Shown one piece after another: positions 49,455-63,219 of a stretch of 64,000 nucleotides of DNA (the first letter of the stretch is position 1; the number at the start of each line of letters is the position of its first letter). The position numbers and the translations under genes were made by a program. The notes below the pieces were generated by a model that ran no database searches, was not told the origin of the DNA, and saw only the letters and a list, made by a program, of their open reading frames with translations. The stretch spans positions 19,098,001-19,162,000 of the forward strand of contig CM119372.1 of the NCBI GenBank assembly GCA_051294905.1, in the 5' to 3' direction. This stretch comes from Botryllus schlosseri (taxonomy: Eukaryota).

Positions 49455-49759
49455 CAATCGATTGCCTACCAGACTGCTGCCAAAACGAAAAAGGAAAAGC
49501 CGTTAGCGAGAGAGCTCCTGCTGCCATTGTTAACAAATTGACCTGGATCTATCATTTCGATTATCGGCTATAGCGCGTATAACTTTCTTTGTTGTTCTTC
49601 CTTTGCCGAAGTAGCATCAGATCGAAATTTTAATACAGTGGAAATAATGTGGTTCAAGTATTCTTTTATAGTATGCTGCTGATGGGTGTCTGATATGTAT
49701 CAATCAGTTTCGCGCGAAACGCTTTTCAGGCCAATGAGAATTCTAGGATTCGAGTAGGC

Positions 49760-50927
49760 CAGGGGTCGGCAAACCCCGGCACGCGTGCCATTTGTGGCAC
49801 GCGAGATGATTTTTCATGGCACGCCAAATGATTTGATGAACACGACATATTATAACCATGTTTTGTTGCACAATATTTCACATAAGCTTTCAAAATGGAA
49901 AAAAGCTAAAATTATTAGATAAATCATCATAATACAGAGCCTTTTGGGGGTAGATTTTAGTTATCCTGAACATTTGTTCGCGCTCCGCGCGATCTACCAT
50001 GACCTAATTTCTTGATTTTTGAAAATCCACAAGATATATATAAAATACGGCAACCTAATATCGTATGAAGCCGTTTGGATGTGCAGCCTGTGGGACCGTG
50101 AATATTTTATATGAACCAGCATTTTGGCGCTGGGCATTTTCACCCTAAGAGACACACTTTTCGGCACCATGCGAATCCGTAGGCTGTGTGCGTGGTCAAA
50201 ATGATTTGGGGCGATAAAGCATTTAATAACCACCGCTTGTTGGCCAAAACGTCTAAGTGCTGAAATGACCGGCACGAATAGTCCAGCTCCCGCTGCTTGA
50301 GCCGGACGTCTCAAAAGAGACCCATACAGGAAAATAATGAGTCCAGTGTCGAAACGCGAATTTGGAATTGTGTTCGTCTCATGAAAGGATATATTGTTTT
50401 AGTTTGGTCTGAAGCTACGACAATAACCTTCACCGCTATACTGCGATTTTTGGAGCTTTGTAGACAAATCTAATGCCACACCAACTTGTTATGATATCAA
50501 ACCGACTCGCATGATACAGGGGTTGTCACATTTTTATCATCAGACCATCTCATCATAACATCTTTGATGGGCCTGCAACTTATTGGCTATATGGTACCGA
50601 ACACAGTAGACTTGGTAACGATCAAGGCAACCACAGGAGATCGATTATTACCTGACTAAATATAGGCCTACGTGATGCGCATATTTTTTGGCCTATATTA
50701 GGTGGCAGGTCTAGTGCGGCAGCGACGAAAATTTATACTCTTTGCGACCAATACTGTAAGAATCACTGACGTAACCGACGCCTTTGCCGGCTGCAGATGG
50801 GTAGTTGGTGTGATTCCTCGCTTTAAACGCTAAATACCAAAACTAAATATGGTTGGCACGCCAGTTGGTAATATTTTACAATTTTTGATATATTGGTACG
50901 CTGCATACGAAAGGTTGCCGGCCCCTG
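49760..50927. mobile_element. hAT (Charlie-like) non-autonomous element
   Basis: TIR CAGGGGTCGGCAA / TTGCCGGCCCCTG; 8-bp TSD GAGTAGGC. Confidence 0.88.
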
Positions 50928-52047
50928 GAGTAGGCCTATTCTATTTTCACTGATTATGACGTTGTACCAGTATAGAGAAAGTTTGGGAAGTTCAAATACC
51001 TACCTTATTCGGCCATACGCAAAGAATAATGCCATGAAATGATACACCACATTAAAGATAATTTGGTATTTTAGGCCATACCTATATCATTGCGATTTGG
51101 AGCGATGCTGCGGTTTCTCTATTTCACAGAAATCTCGACGTGCATAGCTTCGGGTTGCCATACGTCTGGAATTTCCCGGACATGTCCGAGATTTCACTGT
51201 TGAAACTGCGTCTGGGAGGAATTTCTAAAATATGTTTAAAAGTTCGGAATTTTGAAGGCTTGAAGTAATAAGCTCATGATTTTTTCGTAAATCAGTATAA
51301 ATAATATTTTGGGGGGCAGATCTATGCTACAGGAATTTTTTTCGCGCTGCTCGATGATTTAGTATCACACATATAGGTTTTAATATGGGGACTACCACCC
51401 TCGCAAAAACTGCTATCAAAAATAAATAGAAATGACATTCATTTCTTGTCTAATTGTAATCGCAATTACAAGATAACGGTAGTTTCACGGAGTCGGTGTA
51501 GGCCGTTTGGATGCTTTATTCAAAGATAGTGGTTCTAAACCCGGGGTAGTTTGCCTCTATTCTGTGGTTCGCGAAGATGTTGAACGTAATCAGCTTCCAA
51601 AATAGGCCGTGAGTAAGTCTGGGCAAATATGCCGACCTTTAATTAGTAATCAACTCATCAAATTTTAAGCTGAGCCACAGAACATTTTCAAATTGGAAAT
51701 GAAGTCGCGACCATAAAAGGTTGGAAACCACCGGATGTGCGGTGTTTATATAGGTCAGTGGTGCAGTGCGCACCTGCATTAGACTGATAAATGATCTTAT
51801 CGGTGTGACATGAACATGACTTAACGATGTACCTGTGCAATTACGCTCCTTGTATTTTCGAAGTCATTCCCCTCCACCAGCTCTGCTGCTAACCACTAAC
51901 CAGAGGCGTAGCAGCATCGGCTGCCGCCCATGGCTTTCTTTGAAAATGCCGCCCAAATTTTGAAATTGTTTCGATCGATGCAATTATAGTTGCTGGAAAT
52001 CTTGTTCTGTTTACTCAAAAAAGGTCATCACCTCATAGGTCATGTCA

Positions 52048-52455
52048 TAGGGTTACCATATTTTGGAAATCTGAAAAGAGGACACTTTTTCAGAATTTTC
52101 AGACTTGCAAAACCGGAGGAGAATTCTCAAAAAATGGTAAATTTTTCCCACTGTGAGGAAAAAAGGTCAACTTTTCGCACAGCGCCCAAAATACAGTTTT
52201 TTCCTTCACATTGTCAGGTGGTTGACTAAAGAAAAAAGGTTGACTTTCCGCTCCGCTCCCGAAATACCCGCCGGAGCGTCACATCGGTGCTAATTTACGG
52301 CACCTCAGTCGAATATTGCTATAAATATGACCAAAACTCTCAAAAAAGAGGACAAAATCTCAAAAAAGAGAACAAAAGGGCGTCCTCCGAGGACACTTTC
52401 AAAAAAGTAAAAAAGGAGGACAAACCCTCTTAAAAGAGGACGTATGGTAACCCTA
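52048..52455. mobile_element. Family C MITE
   Basis: TIR TAGGGTTACCATA / TATGGTAACCCTA; TSD TCATGTCA/TCATATCA. Confidence 0.88.
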
Positions 52456-52996
52456 TCATATCAGTTAATTTAAAATGTGGATTGCGTACGTGTTTCAGGT
52501 GCGGAGATTGAGATCGCACAGTCGCCCTAAACATACTTCCATCACACTGGATGAGCGCTTTCTCAGCAAAATTTTTCGAACTCGGTATAGTGATCCTGTA
52601 GGACAGTGATCGGGAACCTATGGCTCGCGGGCCATATATGGCTCTTTTGGATAAGATATGGCTCTTGACCAATTTTTTAATTTTGTAATAAATTTATCAA
52701 TATTGCAGCAATTTGTAGGTAAATTTTCATTACGCCCAGAAGAATTATATTCTCGTGGCAGCTGGCAGCCTAACCAAGTCTTTGAGAGGACAAGACAGTG
52801 GGGTAACCATAGGGTTAGGGCAGTGGTGGCCAACCTTTTTGCTATTCACGGCCGCGTTTCGATTACTTACGTAGCCTACGGCCGCATTCCAGGGCATAGT
52901 CGTAATGAACTAACTGTACGCCAAATACCCATGTTAAAATGTCCATTTTCGGTGAGCTCCGGACTGATTTTTCATTCAAATCGGCTTACTATAGGT

Positions 52997-54332
52997 CAGT
53001 GGTTCTCAACCTTTTTTGACACATGCCCCCCTTGGAGATGGTCAAAAAACTCGCGCCCCCTGACCCCCCTTGTATTTATCGTCATGTCAAAAAGAGCACA
53101 TCATCTAATACTGAGGTGGGCAACGTTTTTGATAATCATGACCGCATTTCGATTGGCCGCATTCCAGGGCATAGCCGCAATGAACGATCTGGACGGAAAA
53201 TTCCTACGTTAAACTGTCCATATGCATTCCCGGTGAACTCCGGACTATTCTACTTTTCACAATGGCCTATTGTACGCACCGAAATCGCGAGTGGCAATGT
53301 TATGAATAGTTACCGGGAGGTGCATATTGTCGCGCGGAGCGCGAAAATTTTTCAGGGCCGCGAACGAATTGCTATTTCTTGCCAATTCCCTATCTGCTCA
53401 GATTAAGAAGGGCGCTACTGCATTAAAATCGAAAAATGAAGTCTTGTTGAATTGCGCGGAGGGCGAAGAAAATTTCAAGATTAATTACAATCTCTCGAAA
53501 ATGCGGCAGTGAATTCGTAATTGCAATTTGCATGTCTACGGCCGCAAACACATACTAATTGAATTGGGCGTCGACGGCCGCTCAAATTCCCTTCTGCGGC
53601 TGCAGGCTGCCCACCCCTTATCTAATAGTATACATAAGGTATATCTTACGCCAATTTCAAATCTGCATTCCAGTTGTTGAGTCTTTCACATTGCTGACAA
53701 CTTTCTTCAAACTTGTTTGAAAATAACAAAAAAACATTGAACAAGATATCCATTAATTAATTTCAAGGTAGGTCACCCTGAGACTAATCCTGATGCTGGT
53801 AGTGAGTACAGAGAGCAAGGCGTCGTTCTGTCCTGCCAGGCTAAATTTGATCAGTTTTCGAAATGAATTAATTGTGTTGATTTATAGCCTAATTGAGGGC
53901 GAAACCGGGCAACCTATGTTGCATCTAAGTCTATCTTAGGTAGTGCAGTTCGCAAGCTACTAACAAGAGCTGCCCAGCGCTACTGTCAAAGCTATGAAGC
54001 AATGAATGACTTACACGTGGGAACTGCTCTCTATATCTCCAAAGAATTTCAAAAATTTGCTCAAATGAAGTTGAAATCAGACTATACTCAGTTGAGCGCT
54101 GTTGCTAGAGTTTGTATTTTGCAAGCTTTCTTGAATATGGAATAAATTTCATCTTCATTAATCGTCTTCTCATAATGGATGTGAAACACATGTTCAGACA
54201 CGGACAATTTATACTGACTTTGTCAATTTCTCGCGCCCCCCCTATACTGACTTCGTCTATTTCTCGCGCCCCCCCCCTGAGAGCCTCCCGCGCCCCCCAA
54301 GGGGGGCGCGCCCCCCAGGTTGAGAACCCCTG
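52997..54332. mobile_element. hAT (Charlie-like) element with a probable nested MITE (~53113-53618)
   Basis: TIR CAGTGGTTCTCAACC / GGTTGAGAACCCCTG; 8-bp TSD CTATAGGT; CGCGCCCCCC subterminal repeats. Confidence 0.85.
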
Positions 54333-54844
54333 CTATAGGTGGTCATGTTTTGGTGGTCATGGCGCGAGTGGTCATGTTTTGAATAGGTTATGAAATTCGC
54401 TAAGATCGCGCTGTTCGCGAAAAATTTTCAAATTCACAAATGTATGCAAATTAGGTGTTTTCCTTAATAATGTTAGAATTGTACTACTATCTTCATTTCT
54501 GGTTCGAACTGTCTGTCCTTACGAAGCAGTTCGACCAGAAAAAAAAACTTTTTTGCCTCATAAACTGACAAATGTTTCATGAAAAATCTTGATTTTAACG
54601 AAATCTGGCCTTATGAAGATTTCCAGTAGTTACATCACGTATAGTATGGTAGAAATAATTAAAATCTGCAGTAGTACAACGAAATATACTTTCCTACATT
54701 CTAGGGTAGAAAGTGTCTGTCCTTACTAAGCAGCTTGCCAAGAACGGAGAAAGAACGTTCATAGCAGTTGTTGGCTGACAAGTGACAACACTGAAGTGCT
54801 GCTGGTGACACATCGTGTTGCTTCATTCTGACAATGGTGTCTAC

Positions 54845-55833
54845 TAGGGATGGTGTGAACTTGAGGTTCACGTTCGCGTTCTGTGTGTGAACCTCGGAAA
54901 TTTAGAGGTTCGCGTTCACAACAGAACCTTGGTAGGTTCTGCACTGTGAACCTTTCTCATATATTACAATTATAACATTATAACACCTTTGGTTCAATTT
55001 TATTGCATTTCAACTGCGGGCCACTCTATGCATGGCGCTGGCAGCATTAAAAATCAACACTAAACGAGCATGCACCTTGACAATCTCAAAAGTTTTACTT
55101 GCTTTGATACAAGAGTTTGCTCGAAATATCCAGCTTTCCGTTTGTGAATATTTAGTGACTCTCTGCTGTGAGCTTGACCCGCAATCACAAAACATCACGA
55201 GCGAAATACGTAGTCAGCGAATGATGCTTATTCAACCAATCAATAAGATTGATATCGTTTTCTGATGTAAAAATTCGAGAAGGCATACGGGGTCAATCAT
55301 GACTCAATATCTTTACTACATCATTAAAACCAAATCCGTGCGATTGAGGGGTTGACTACTGCAGTGTAACTTCTTAATGGGGTGATATTGGTAGCAAGTA
55401 TAGAAACCCATTATACACTCTGCTCAATATCAATGTAATAGCAATACCCAGACGCCGAATACATTGTCCGGTCTGGCCTAGACCGTTAAGGGGTAAGTGT
55501 ATATTCCCTGATAAGTCCTTGTCGAAATTGTTGGCAAAGCGACGGAAGATATTGATTTTATGGGAGTATTATATCAATTGATTGCCCCAGTTGATACATT
55601 TAGCGACGTTTAAAACGCATCAGCATTGTAGCATTATGTGACCCGAGTCATCGCTAGGTATCCTGTACAACTGTACATTAATATAGGCTATCACTTCATT
55701 GAAAGAGAGGGTTGGAATTAGCAATATGACGTCACGTGACGTCATGAGGTTCACGTTCGCGTTCACACAGAACCTTTCAAAAAGGTTCACGTTCACACGA
55801 ACCTGAACCTTTTAGAGGTTCACACCATCCCTA
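54845..55833. mobile_element. Family D element, copy 2
   Basis: TIR TAGGGATGGTGTGAAC / GTTCACACCATCCCTA; colinear with 31787-32713; flanks share GTCTAC. Confidence 0.88.
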
Positions 55834-55992
55834 GGTCTACTGTCGACATCACAATTTTGCAATTCCCACGCATATAGTGTTGCTCAGTTGGGATTTTGCG
55901 GTACGTTGAGCATAACACTGTTGAATTTTTATGATTCACAATGGGCCGTCTATAACTGTAGTGTAGGCCTATAGAGTAGGCTGCATACTTTA

Positions 55993-56715
55993 CAGGGCCG
56001 GCCAACCCGTTGCCCGCGGGCCACATGTGGCCCGCGAGAAGGTTTTGAGTGGCCCGCGAGATAATTTCCGAAATTTCTAATATCATCAAAAATGGATTGC
56101 ACAGATTGTGAACTTGCAAGCGAACCAGAAATTTGATTAGTCTGGCCGCGACACTTGAGATGTGATGACTAAAATATCAGTTCCGACGCATTGACAGATC
56201 CATCAGCCATTCACATATTGGTATATCTTCGTACACTACAATAAAGCAGAATAATTTGCGATAGATTCATAAAATGTAAAAATTTTCTACAAGCTTGGTG
56301 CAACATGTTGTCACTTGATTTCTTGTTTTTAATATTGTTGCCCTTTTGTGAAAATGGAAGAATACCTAATGTATCAGATTGAGTCTAACTATATTCTCGA
56401 TTACGAGACAAAGCGTCGTTCAACATATGCGATATTGCGTTTGCGCTCCCAGTGAGGCCGTCGACCATGAAACCTAGGCACGAAATGATTGACGCATGTT
56501 GGTCGCAGCTTTCGATATCGATATGTTCATGCGCCGAATAGCTCAGTCCTCGCAAACTGAGCCCAGCGATAGACAACAGGCCCGCAATATAGTCAAGTGA
56601 CAATATTATTGACCTATGAAACTTGAAAAAAATTCGCGCTTCGCGCGGCTAGTGGACGGCGCAATAGTTCGTCAGTCGAATGTGGCCCTTTGGCTGCAAA
56701 GGTTGGCCAGCCCTG
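55993..56715. mobile_element. hAT-like MITE (TGGCCCGCG repeats)
   Basis: TIR CAGGGCCGGCCAACC / GGTTGGCCAGCCCTG; TSD not clean. Confidence 0.7.
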
Positions 56716-57140
56716 CTTTAAAATGTCAAATGAAAGGTTCCCCGACAGTGCAAAATCTACGACATTGAAGTACATTCGGTTAATATATTCACTAAATACT
56801 GTTTTGGTCTCTATGCTTCAACTTTGAAGTTTACATTGAATACGATGTGAATAAATACGCGATTAATCTATAGATTTTGTAACCCGGCCCCGAAGTAGCC
56901 TACTTCATTTTCTAATCTCTCATGCCCGCCGACCGGAGAAGTTGTCCGACTCCGCTATAGGCCTATTGTTTCTACCTGTCCTACATCTGCATTGTCAAAA
57001 CGTCGGCTTGGCGTTGCGTGCCATAAAAAGGTCCTTGACAACGCTGCAGAATGTGCCGACAGATCTTATATTACCAGTATATATATAGTCGCAGTAGAAC
57101 CCAGCAACGAAAATCAAACATGGAAGACTTGACAAAAAGG

Positions 57141-57146
57141 TTTATT
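57141..57146 (-). terminator. Polyadenylation signal of the BTB-BACK gene
   Basis: TTTATT on + strand (AATAAA on -) ~75 nt downstream of the stop. Confidence 0.55.
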
Positions 57147-57220
57147 TGAAGGACACGTGAAAGGCCATGTACCGTACAACGAGTGCTGCGCATACGCGTA
57201 TCGACTATCCTGAAGGTGGC

Positions 57221-58522
57221 CTACTTTTTTTGACGTGTGAACGCAGCATTACGGGGAAAGGTCCTGCCCCCTTTACTTTCGTTTCTCTTCGCACGGATGC
57301 ACATCGCTTCTATTATTATATCCTTGCACGCATTGGACAACTGTACGTCGCGATTCGGCAACACTTCGCGTTGAATGTAGCTTATTGGAAGTTTCGACAA
57401 TTCAACCTCTTTGAACAACGTCGAGAAACCATCGATGGGTCTTATTTGATCGCTGGACCATCTCACGATGATTGTCCAACGAGTCTCCGGTGGTAGACGG
57501 CTCACTTGTTCGGACTTCAATAGGCACAGCACGTCATCCATGGCGCAGTGTAAAAAATAAGGGCAATCATATATGTCTACGATGTTTGCTGCTACGAAGG
57601 AAAATATAACGGCATTGAAACCTTCCATATCGAAATCATCAGCATCACAATATCTGTCAATGATGCCCTTGATTAGAAGACAATTAGCCGTGTTTAAACG
57701 AGACTTCAGGTACTTCAAATCCCTCGCAGCAAGGGTAACCGATCGAGCTAAGAAAGGCGTACATTCGTCACTAGAGAGCACGTAACTGCATGTTATCAGT
57801 TGATCGAAAAGGCAGCCAAGATCAGACTCGTTTACTAGAGCCAATAAACTCGAAGTATAACGGGATCGTGCTCCATCATGGTCTATCCAGCGGGTGACTG
57901 CTGTCCACAATGTAGCTGAATTGGAATTCGCTGTGTTACACAACATGACCGAATCCAAATCTTCTTTGTCCATTTTGGTGAACGCATTCGTAAGGCCGAA
58001 TATCGATATATTGGACGAGATGTACTTTATCACTTCTTTCGAAGCTCTTTCGTACATGAACTGTTTCGACAGTGCAAGAATATCCAGACAATTGTCCGCT
58101 GTCATTTCACCAATGCAATACTCAAAACATATGGACTTGACCTCCTCGAGCTGCATGAGATTAGAGGCGTTAAGGAGATCATGGATGGTATCAAGCTCCA
58201 CTTCAATCTCCCCAGTGTACAGGAACCGCACACAGCTCATCACCGCTTTCTCGTCGATGTTTCTCATTTCCACGTACCCCTGCGCAGCTTCGATCATATC
58301 GGTGCGAAGCATTGTCCTGAAATACCCCGATGATATTTGCAGCACGAAACGATGTGCGGGGAAAACCTCAGAGCCTGCGCGAATCTCGAAGTCGCAAAGT
58401 TCCCCCTTTTCTCGTAGACTTCGAACTGCGTCGAGCATCGCCTCGCTTCTCCTGGACTTTACTGAGATGACTGTTTTGCCAGTACCTCGTGCTGTTGCGC
58501 TGGTCTTCGTTGTACAGGCCAT
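57221..58522 (-). CDS. Intronless BTB/POZ-BACK protein (Kelch-like family N-terminus) with a second BACK-like domain and no Kelch repeats, 433 aa
   Basis: BTB signature LREKGELCDFEIRAGSEVFPAHRFVLQISSGYFRTML...FLYTGEI...DLLNASNLMQLEEVKSIC. BACK1 runs MTADNCLDI...LWTAVTRWIDHD; BACK2 runs LNTANCLLI...YFLHCAMDDVLCLLKSE...RWTIIVRW...LFKEVELSKL. Single uninterrupted ORF. Confidence 0.88.
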   Translation of the reverse strand: MACTTKTSATARGTGKTVISVKSRRSEAMLDAVRSLREKGELCDFEIRAGSEVFPAHRFVLQISSGYFRTMLRTDMIEAAQGYVEMRNIDEKAVMSCVRFLYTGEIEVELDTIHDLLNASNLMQLEEVKSICFEYCIGEMTADNCLDILALSKQFMYERASKEVIKYISSNISIFGLTNAFTKMDKEDLDSVMLCNTANSNSATLWTAVTRWIDHDGARSRYTSSLLALVNESDLGCLFDQLITCSYVLSSDECTPFLARSVTLAARDLKYLKSRLNTANCLLIKGIIDRYCDADDFDMEGFNAVIFSFVAANIVDIYDCPYFLHCAMDDVLCLLKSEQVSRLPPETRWTIIVRWSSDQIRPIDGFSTLFKEVELSKLPISYIQREVLPNRDVQLSNACKDIIIEAMCIRAKRNESKGGRTFPRNAAFTRQKK

Positions 58523-61131
58523 GGTTCCACCGTTCCTTCCTATTCAACGTCCCTTCATTCAACTGATGAACTCTTTCTTACCTGCGACTCAAGAGATAAT
58601 GCACGTGGCGTGTTGATTGTAATAATTGCAATGCGTGGTTGAATTGAAGTCTATACTATAGATCTACACTTGGTTGCATTTAAAACAAACGGTGTTTTAA
58701 AAAACTTTGTTTAAAACAAACAGTTACGACATGCATGTGATTATAATAAAGCATTCATTTCATGTCGCAATAACTATGCAATCTCCGTTCATGGCAATAT
58801 ACTATGCAAATATGTTTTAAACAGTGTTATAAACAAATGCCTTTTAGAATTTTTGTTTTAACGTTGTCTAATTATGCCATAATTGTGTAAATACTTCCGA
58901 AAAACCATGTAGTATGAGCCTACGCAAGTTTTGCACTCAAAATAGTCGACGTATACGATGCGGGGTGGCTAGTACCCTCGTGGTGGTCGTCGGTTCAACA
59001 GTTTTTGCACATAGATATAGATCATTGGTACGGAATGGGTGTTCTGATGCTAATGACCGCCGACCGTAAAACGCTGCATAGCGATGTAGTCCTGGTTAAG
59101 ATATGTTTGATCTGTTTATGACAGTGATCGGAATCCCTTTTCGTCGAATGAGCCATATTTACCTTACATTTTCAATTGTCAATGCCAATCCACTGTGACG
59201 TCATAATTAAACATGTTTGTTTTAAAGGATTTTTGTTTTAAATGCAACCCTATCTACTAGACTAGAAGTCTATAACTGGAATTTAAGAATATACTAGCTA
59301 GACTCTTCGTTGCCTCCAATGTTGAACAATCACATCGAAGCAGTCTATAATAAAGCGATCATGGTCGTTCTTACAGAAATATACTTGTATGTAGGATTGC
59401 ATTTAAATCAAAAATGAATTTAAAACAAACGTGTTTATAACATGAACCTTGTGTAAAACATGCTTTTCATTGTTGTTTTTAAGCCATGACGTCATGAATC
59501 ATTAATTGTGATGTCACAGTCGTTTGATATTGACAATTGAAATTATAATATAACAAATATGTATGAAGCCAGAACAGATATGATTCTGATTTCGATTTTT
59601 TGCTAGAGTAGTGACCAGTAGGAGACTTCTATGATTAGCGTATGTCCTGCCCAGAGACACAGGACGATTAGAAAAAATTATGGACATTTTGAAAACTGAA
59701 AACTTTAATTTTGTTTCTTTGTTTCATTTTTTTCATAGAAGATACGCCTGTATTACCAATCTATTCAACCCCAGCATTAGTATGCTGGATTATGATTGAG
59801 CGCCAACAGCAATCATACCAAATTCGAATTTCTTGACTATTTTTCACCTTGAGACGTAGGCTAATCATGAGAAGTGAATAGACTGATGGCAGTTCCTCAT
59901 TACATAACGGACACCAATCACAGATATAAATTAACCAAACGAACCTTGTTAGGTTCTGAGTGCACTGTGAGCCTTTTTCATATATTACAATTCTCACTTC
60001 ATTGTAGCATCGTTGGTTGAAATTTATTGCATTTCAACTGCGGGCCCGGTATATGCATGGCACTGGCAGCATGAAAATCAACACTAAACGAGCATGCACG
60101 TCGACAGTCTCAAACATTTTACTTGCTTTGTTACAATTGTTTGCTCGAAAAATCCAGCTTTCTGTTTGCGAATATTTAATGACTCATCTGTGCTGTGAGC
60201 GTGACCCGCAATCACACAGCATCAAGAGCGAAACACTACATGTAGGTAGTCAGCGAATGACTCTTATCAAACCAATTAATGAAATTAATATCGTTGTCTG
60301 ATGTAAAAAATCTAGCAGGCGTACGGGGTCAATCTCGATTTCATATGTTTATTGTATCATAAAAACCAACTACGTGGATTGGGATGTTGGCTACTGCTGT
60401 ATAACTTGTTAAAGGGGTAATATCGGTACCAAGTAGGGAAACCCGTTTTACACTCTGCTCACTATCAACTTAGCAATAATCGGGACGCCGAATACATATT
60501 CCAATCTGACCTTGACCGTGAAGGCGTAAGCTTATATTTCCTTGCAAGTTCTCGTCGAAATTGTGGCAAAGCGACGCAAGATATTGATTTTCTGGGATGA
60601 TTATATCAATTGATTAACCCAGTTGATACATCTGTAGACGTTTAAAACATCAATAGGTATTTCAGCATTGTGGCATTATGTGGCCCGAATCGTCGCTAGG
60701 TATTGCAAGGCTATCACTTCACTGAAATGTAGGGTTGGAATTAGCAATATGACGTCACGTGACGTCACGAGGTTCGCGTTCACACGAACCCGAACCTTTC
60801 AGAGGTTCAGGTCGCCAAGTGTATCAACCGGGGCAATCAAATGATATAATAATCCCATAAAATGAATATCTTCCGTCGCTTTGCCAACAATTTCGACGAG
60901 GACTTGCAAGGGATACGCCTTAACGGTCTAGGCCAGACTGGACAATGTATTAGCTACGTTGATATTGAGCAGAGCGTAAAACGGGTTTCTATACTTGCTA
61001 CCGATATTACCCCATTAACAAGCTATACCGCAGTAGCCAACACCCCAATCCCACGTATTTCGTTTTTATGATACAATAAAAATATGAAGTCAAGATTGAC
61101 CCCGTACGCCGGCTATATATAGTGTATTTAT

Positions 61132-63219
61132 CAGACATGGGGTAATCGTGATTAGTAATCGTAATCGATTACGACGATTACAGCATTTCCAAGTAATCGT
61201 AATCGCAATCGATTACACTTGAAAAAAATCCGAAGTAATCGTAATCGACTACTTCACATATCTAATCGATTTCTTTGTGAAAGAACGATTACTTTTCATT
61301 TGTGCGATGCCCATGACATAAACTGAACATTTGTGAACCTGAACAACGAAGAGTGTGATTTAAAACAGGTTTTAGATAGCAGAAATGTCTTATTTTTAAA
61401 CGCCTCTGCTCATTATTGCGTAACAAGTATTGGCTTGGTTCTTGATTGCGTAACGAATTATCCGCACGTAATAGATAGATATTCGATGTACATGTAGTAC
61501 TGTGATTGTAAGAACACCCGCTATGCATTATGTCAGGTTATCAATACACTGCAGACGCCACTACCTCGCAGCAGGATTATAATCACCACTCTGCCTAGTT
61601 TGGAATAGTAACGTATGTACTATGTACTGATGTTTTGATGTTTTATGTTTACGTGTATAGGCTACACCGGACAAAGATTTGAAATTTTGTACTCGTCAAA
61701 TCAAACATGACAATTTCAACATCGAAGCATTAAAAACCAACGACTGCTGATAAAAAATCATAACCGAGCGGCTATTTTCCGTTACTCGTATAACGGCAGC
61801 TCGGAATATCTTTATAAGTGGATTGTAGGCAGAAGTTTATGTTTACCTTATCATAGGCTTACCATATTTTGGAAATCTAAAAAGAGGACACTTTTCCAGA
61901 AATTGAAGAATTCTCAAAAACCGGTGAATTTCTCCCACTTTGTGATCGGTTGACTAAAAAAAAAAAAAAAAAAGTCATCTATCCTGCTCTGAGCTAAGTC
62001 ACCGTTTTTCACTCCGAAATACCCGTCGGAGCTTCACTTCTGTGCTAATTTGCGGCATATCACTCGCAATTTGCTATAAATCTGACCTAAATTTTCAAAA
62101 AAGAGGACAAAATCTCAAAAAAGAGGACAAAAGGGCGTCCTCTGAGGACACTTTCAAAAAAGTCAAAAAAGAGGACAAATCCTCTTAAAAGAGGACGTAT
62201 GGTAAGCCTACCTTATCATATTCACACACGGCCCTACTTGAAACGGGCAACAACTGCTATATCGCAATCTTATACTCAGCATTTGAATCTGCCACTATAG
62301 CCATCCGCTTACACACCATGTTAGCTTGGATTGCAGCTAGAATCAGTACCGAAACAGCATTTCGCCACACCATTCTCACAAATGTTTTCTTGCCCCCCCA
62401 TAAGACGATCAATAAAGCTTGTGGCGGGCAAAGTCCCTCAGACCCCCTTTAACGACCGGGCTTTTCACAAGAACTGGAAACACGATTTGATGCGATATGG
62501 ATTCGCTGTGTATTTACTGTCAAGTCGCGCCAAGCGCGAATATTTAGGCACGTAACTTTCAACTATAAATGTATTGTATGTTGTTAATTCGTGACCTCCT
62601 GTCTACTATATGTCAAAAGATATTGGAGTCGCCCAAACGTAGCAGACGAAAAGAAAACTAAACGAAAAACTTTCGTGAGACGCACCCAGAAATTGTCATT
62701 TATACTTGCGGTTCATCATTTTCCTCAGTGGGTGCCCCCGGTGGCATTTGTATTGAGGGGCAGAGATTGAGAAGACTATTCTTCGCAACCATCCAGCGCG
62801 GCTATGGACAAATACACAATGTTTCGGTCAATGTAGCATGTCTTGGTGTGTTGCGGCGCGGTATTAGCCGGCGGTGTGTTGCGGCGCGGTATTGGCCGGC
62901 ACCGAAATGCCTATTTCTGCGTAAATCATGCAATTGTATATTATGTCATATACAGGAAATGACGTCATGATGTCTCATTTAAAAAGAAAGACCTTCTCTC
63001 ATGAGGCCTTTTCATCGCATTGTTGTCTTCCAATGATAGCTTCTCAGAAGCAAAATAAATGTAATCGTGAGTAATCGTGATTACTTTTCCAAAGTAATCG
63101 TAATCGTAATCGACTACTTGCGGATTTTGCTGTAATCGTAATCGTAATCGTAATCGCGTGATTCAGAAGTAATCGTAATCGCAATCGATTACATTCATGA
63201 AGTAATCACCCCATGTCTG
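61132..63219. mobile_element. Family B element, copy 3 (reverse orientation)
   Basis: TIR CAGACATGGGGT / ACCCCATGTCTG; 8-bp TSD GTATTTAT. Confidence 0.9.
61854..62210. mobile_element. Family C MITE nested in family B copy 3
   Basis: TIR TAGGCTTACCATA / TATGGTAAGCCTA; 8-bp TSD CCTTATCA. Confidence 0.9.

Noticed and set aside
52658..53406. 184-aa and 127-aa ORFs
   Set aside because: They cross several MITE boundaries; no transposase or other motifs
58540..58590. Small 5'-UTR intron or trans-splice acceptor upstream of the BTB gene (minus-strand CAG|GTAAG)
   Set aside because: The implied intron (~42 nt) is shorter than all others here and purine-rich; cannot be supported without transcripts
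57894..58616. 240-aa plus-strand ORF
   Set aside because: Antisense shadow of the BTB-BACK gene with no recognisable domain
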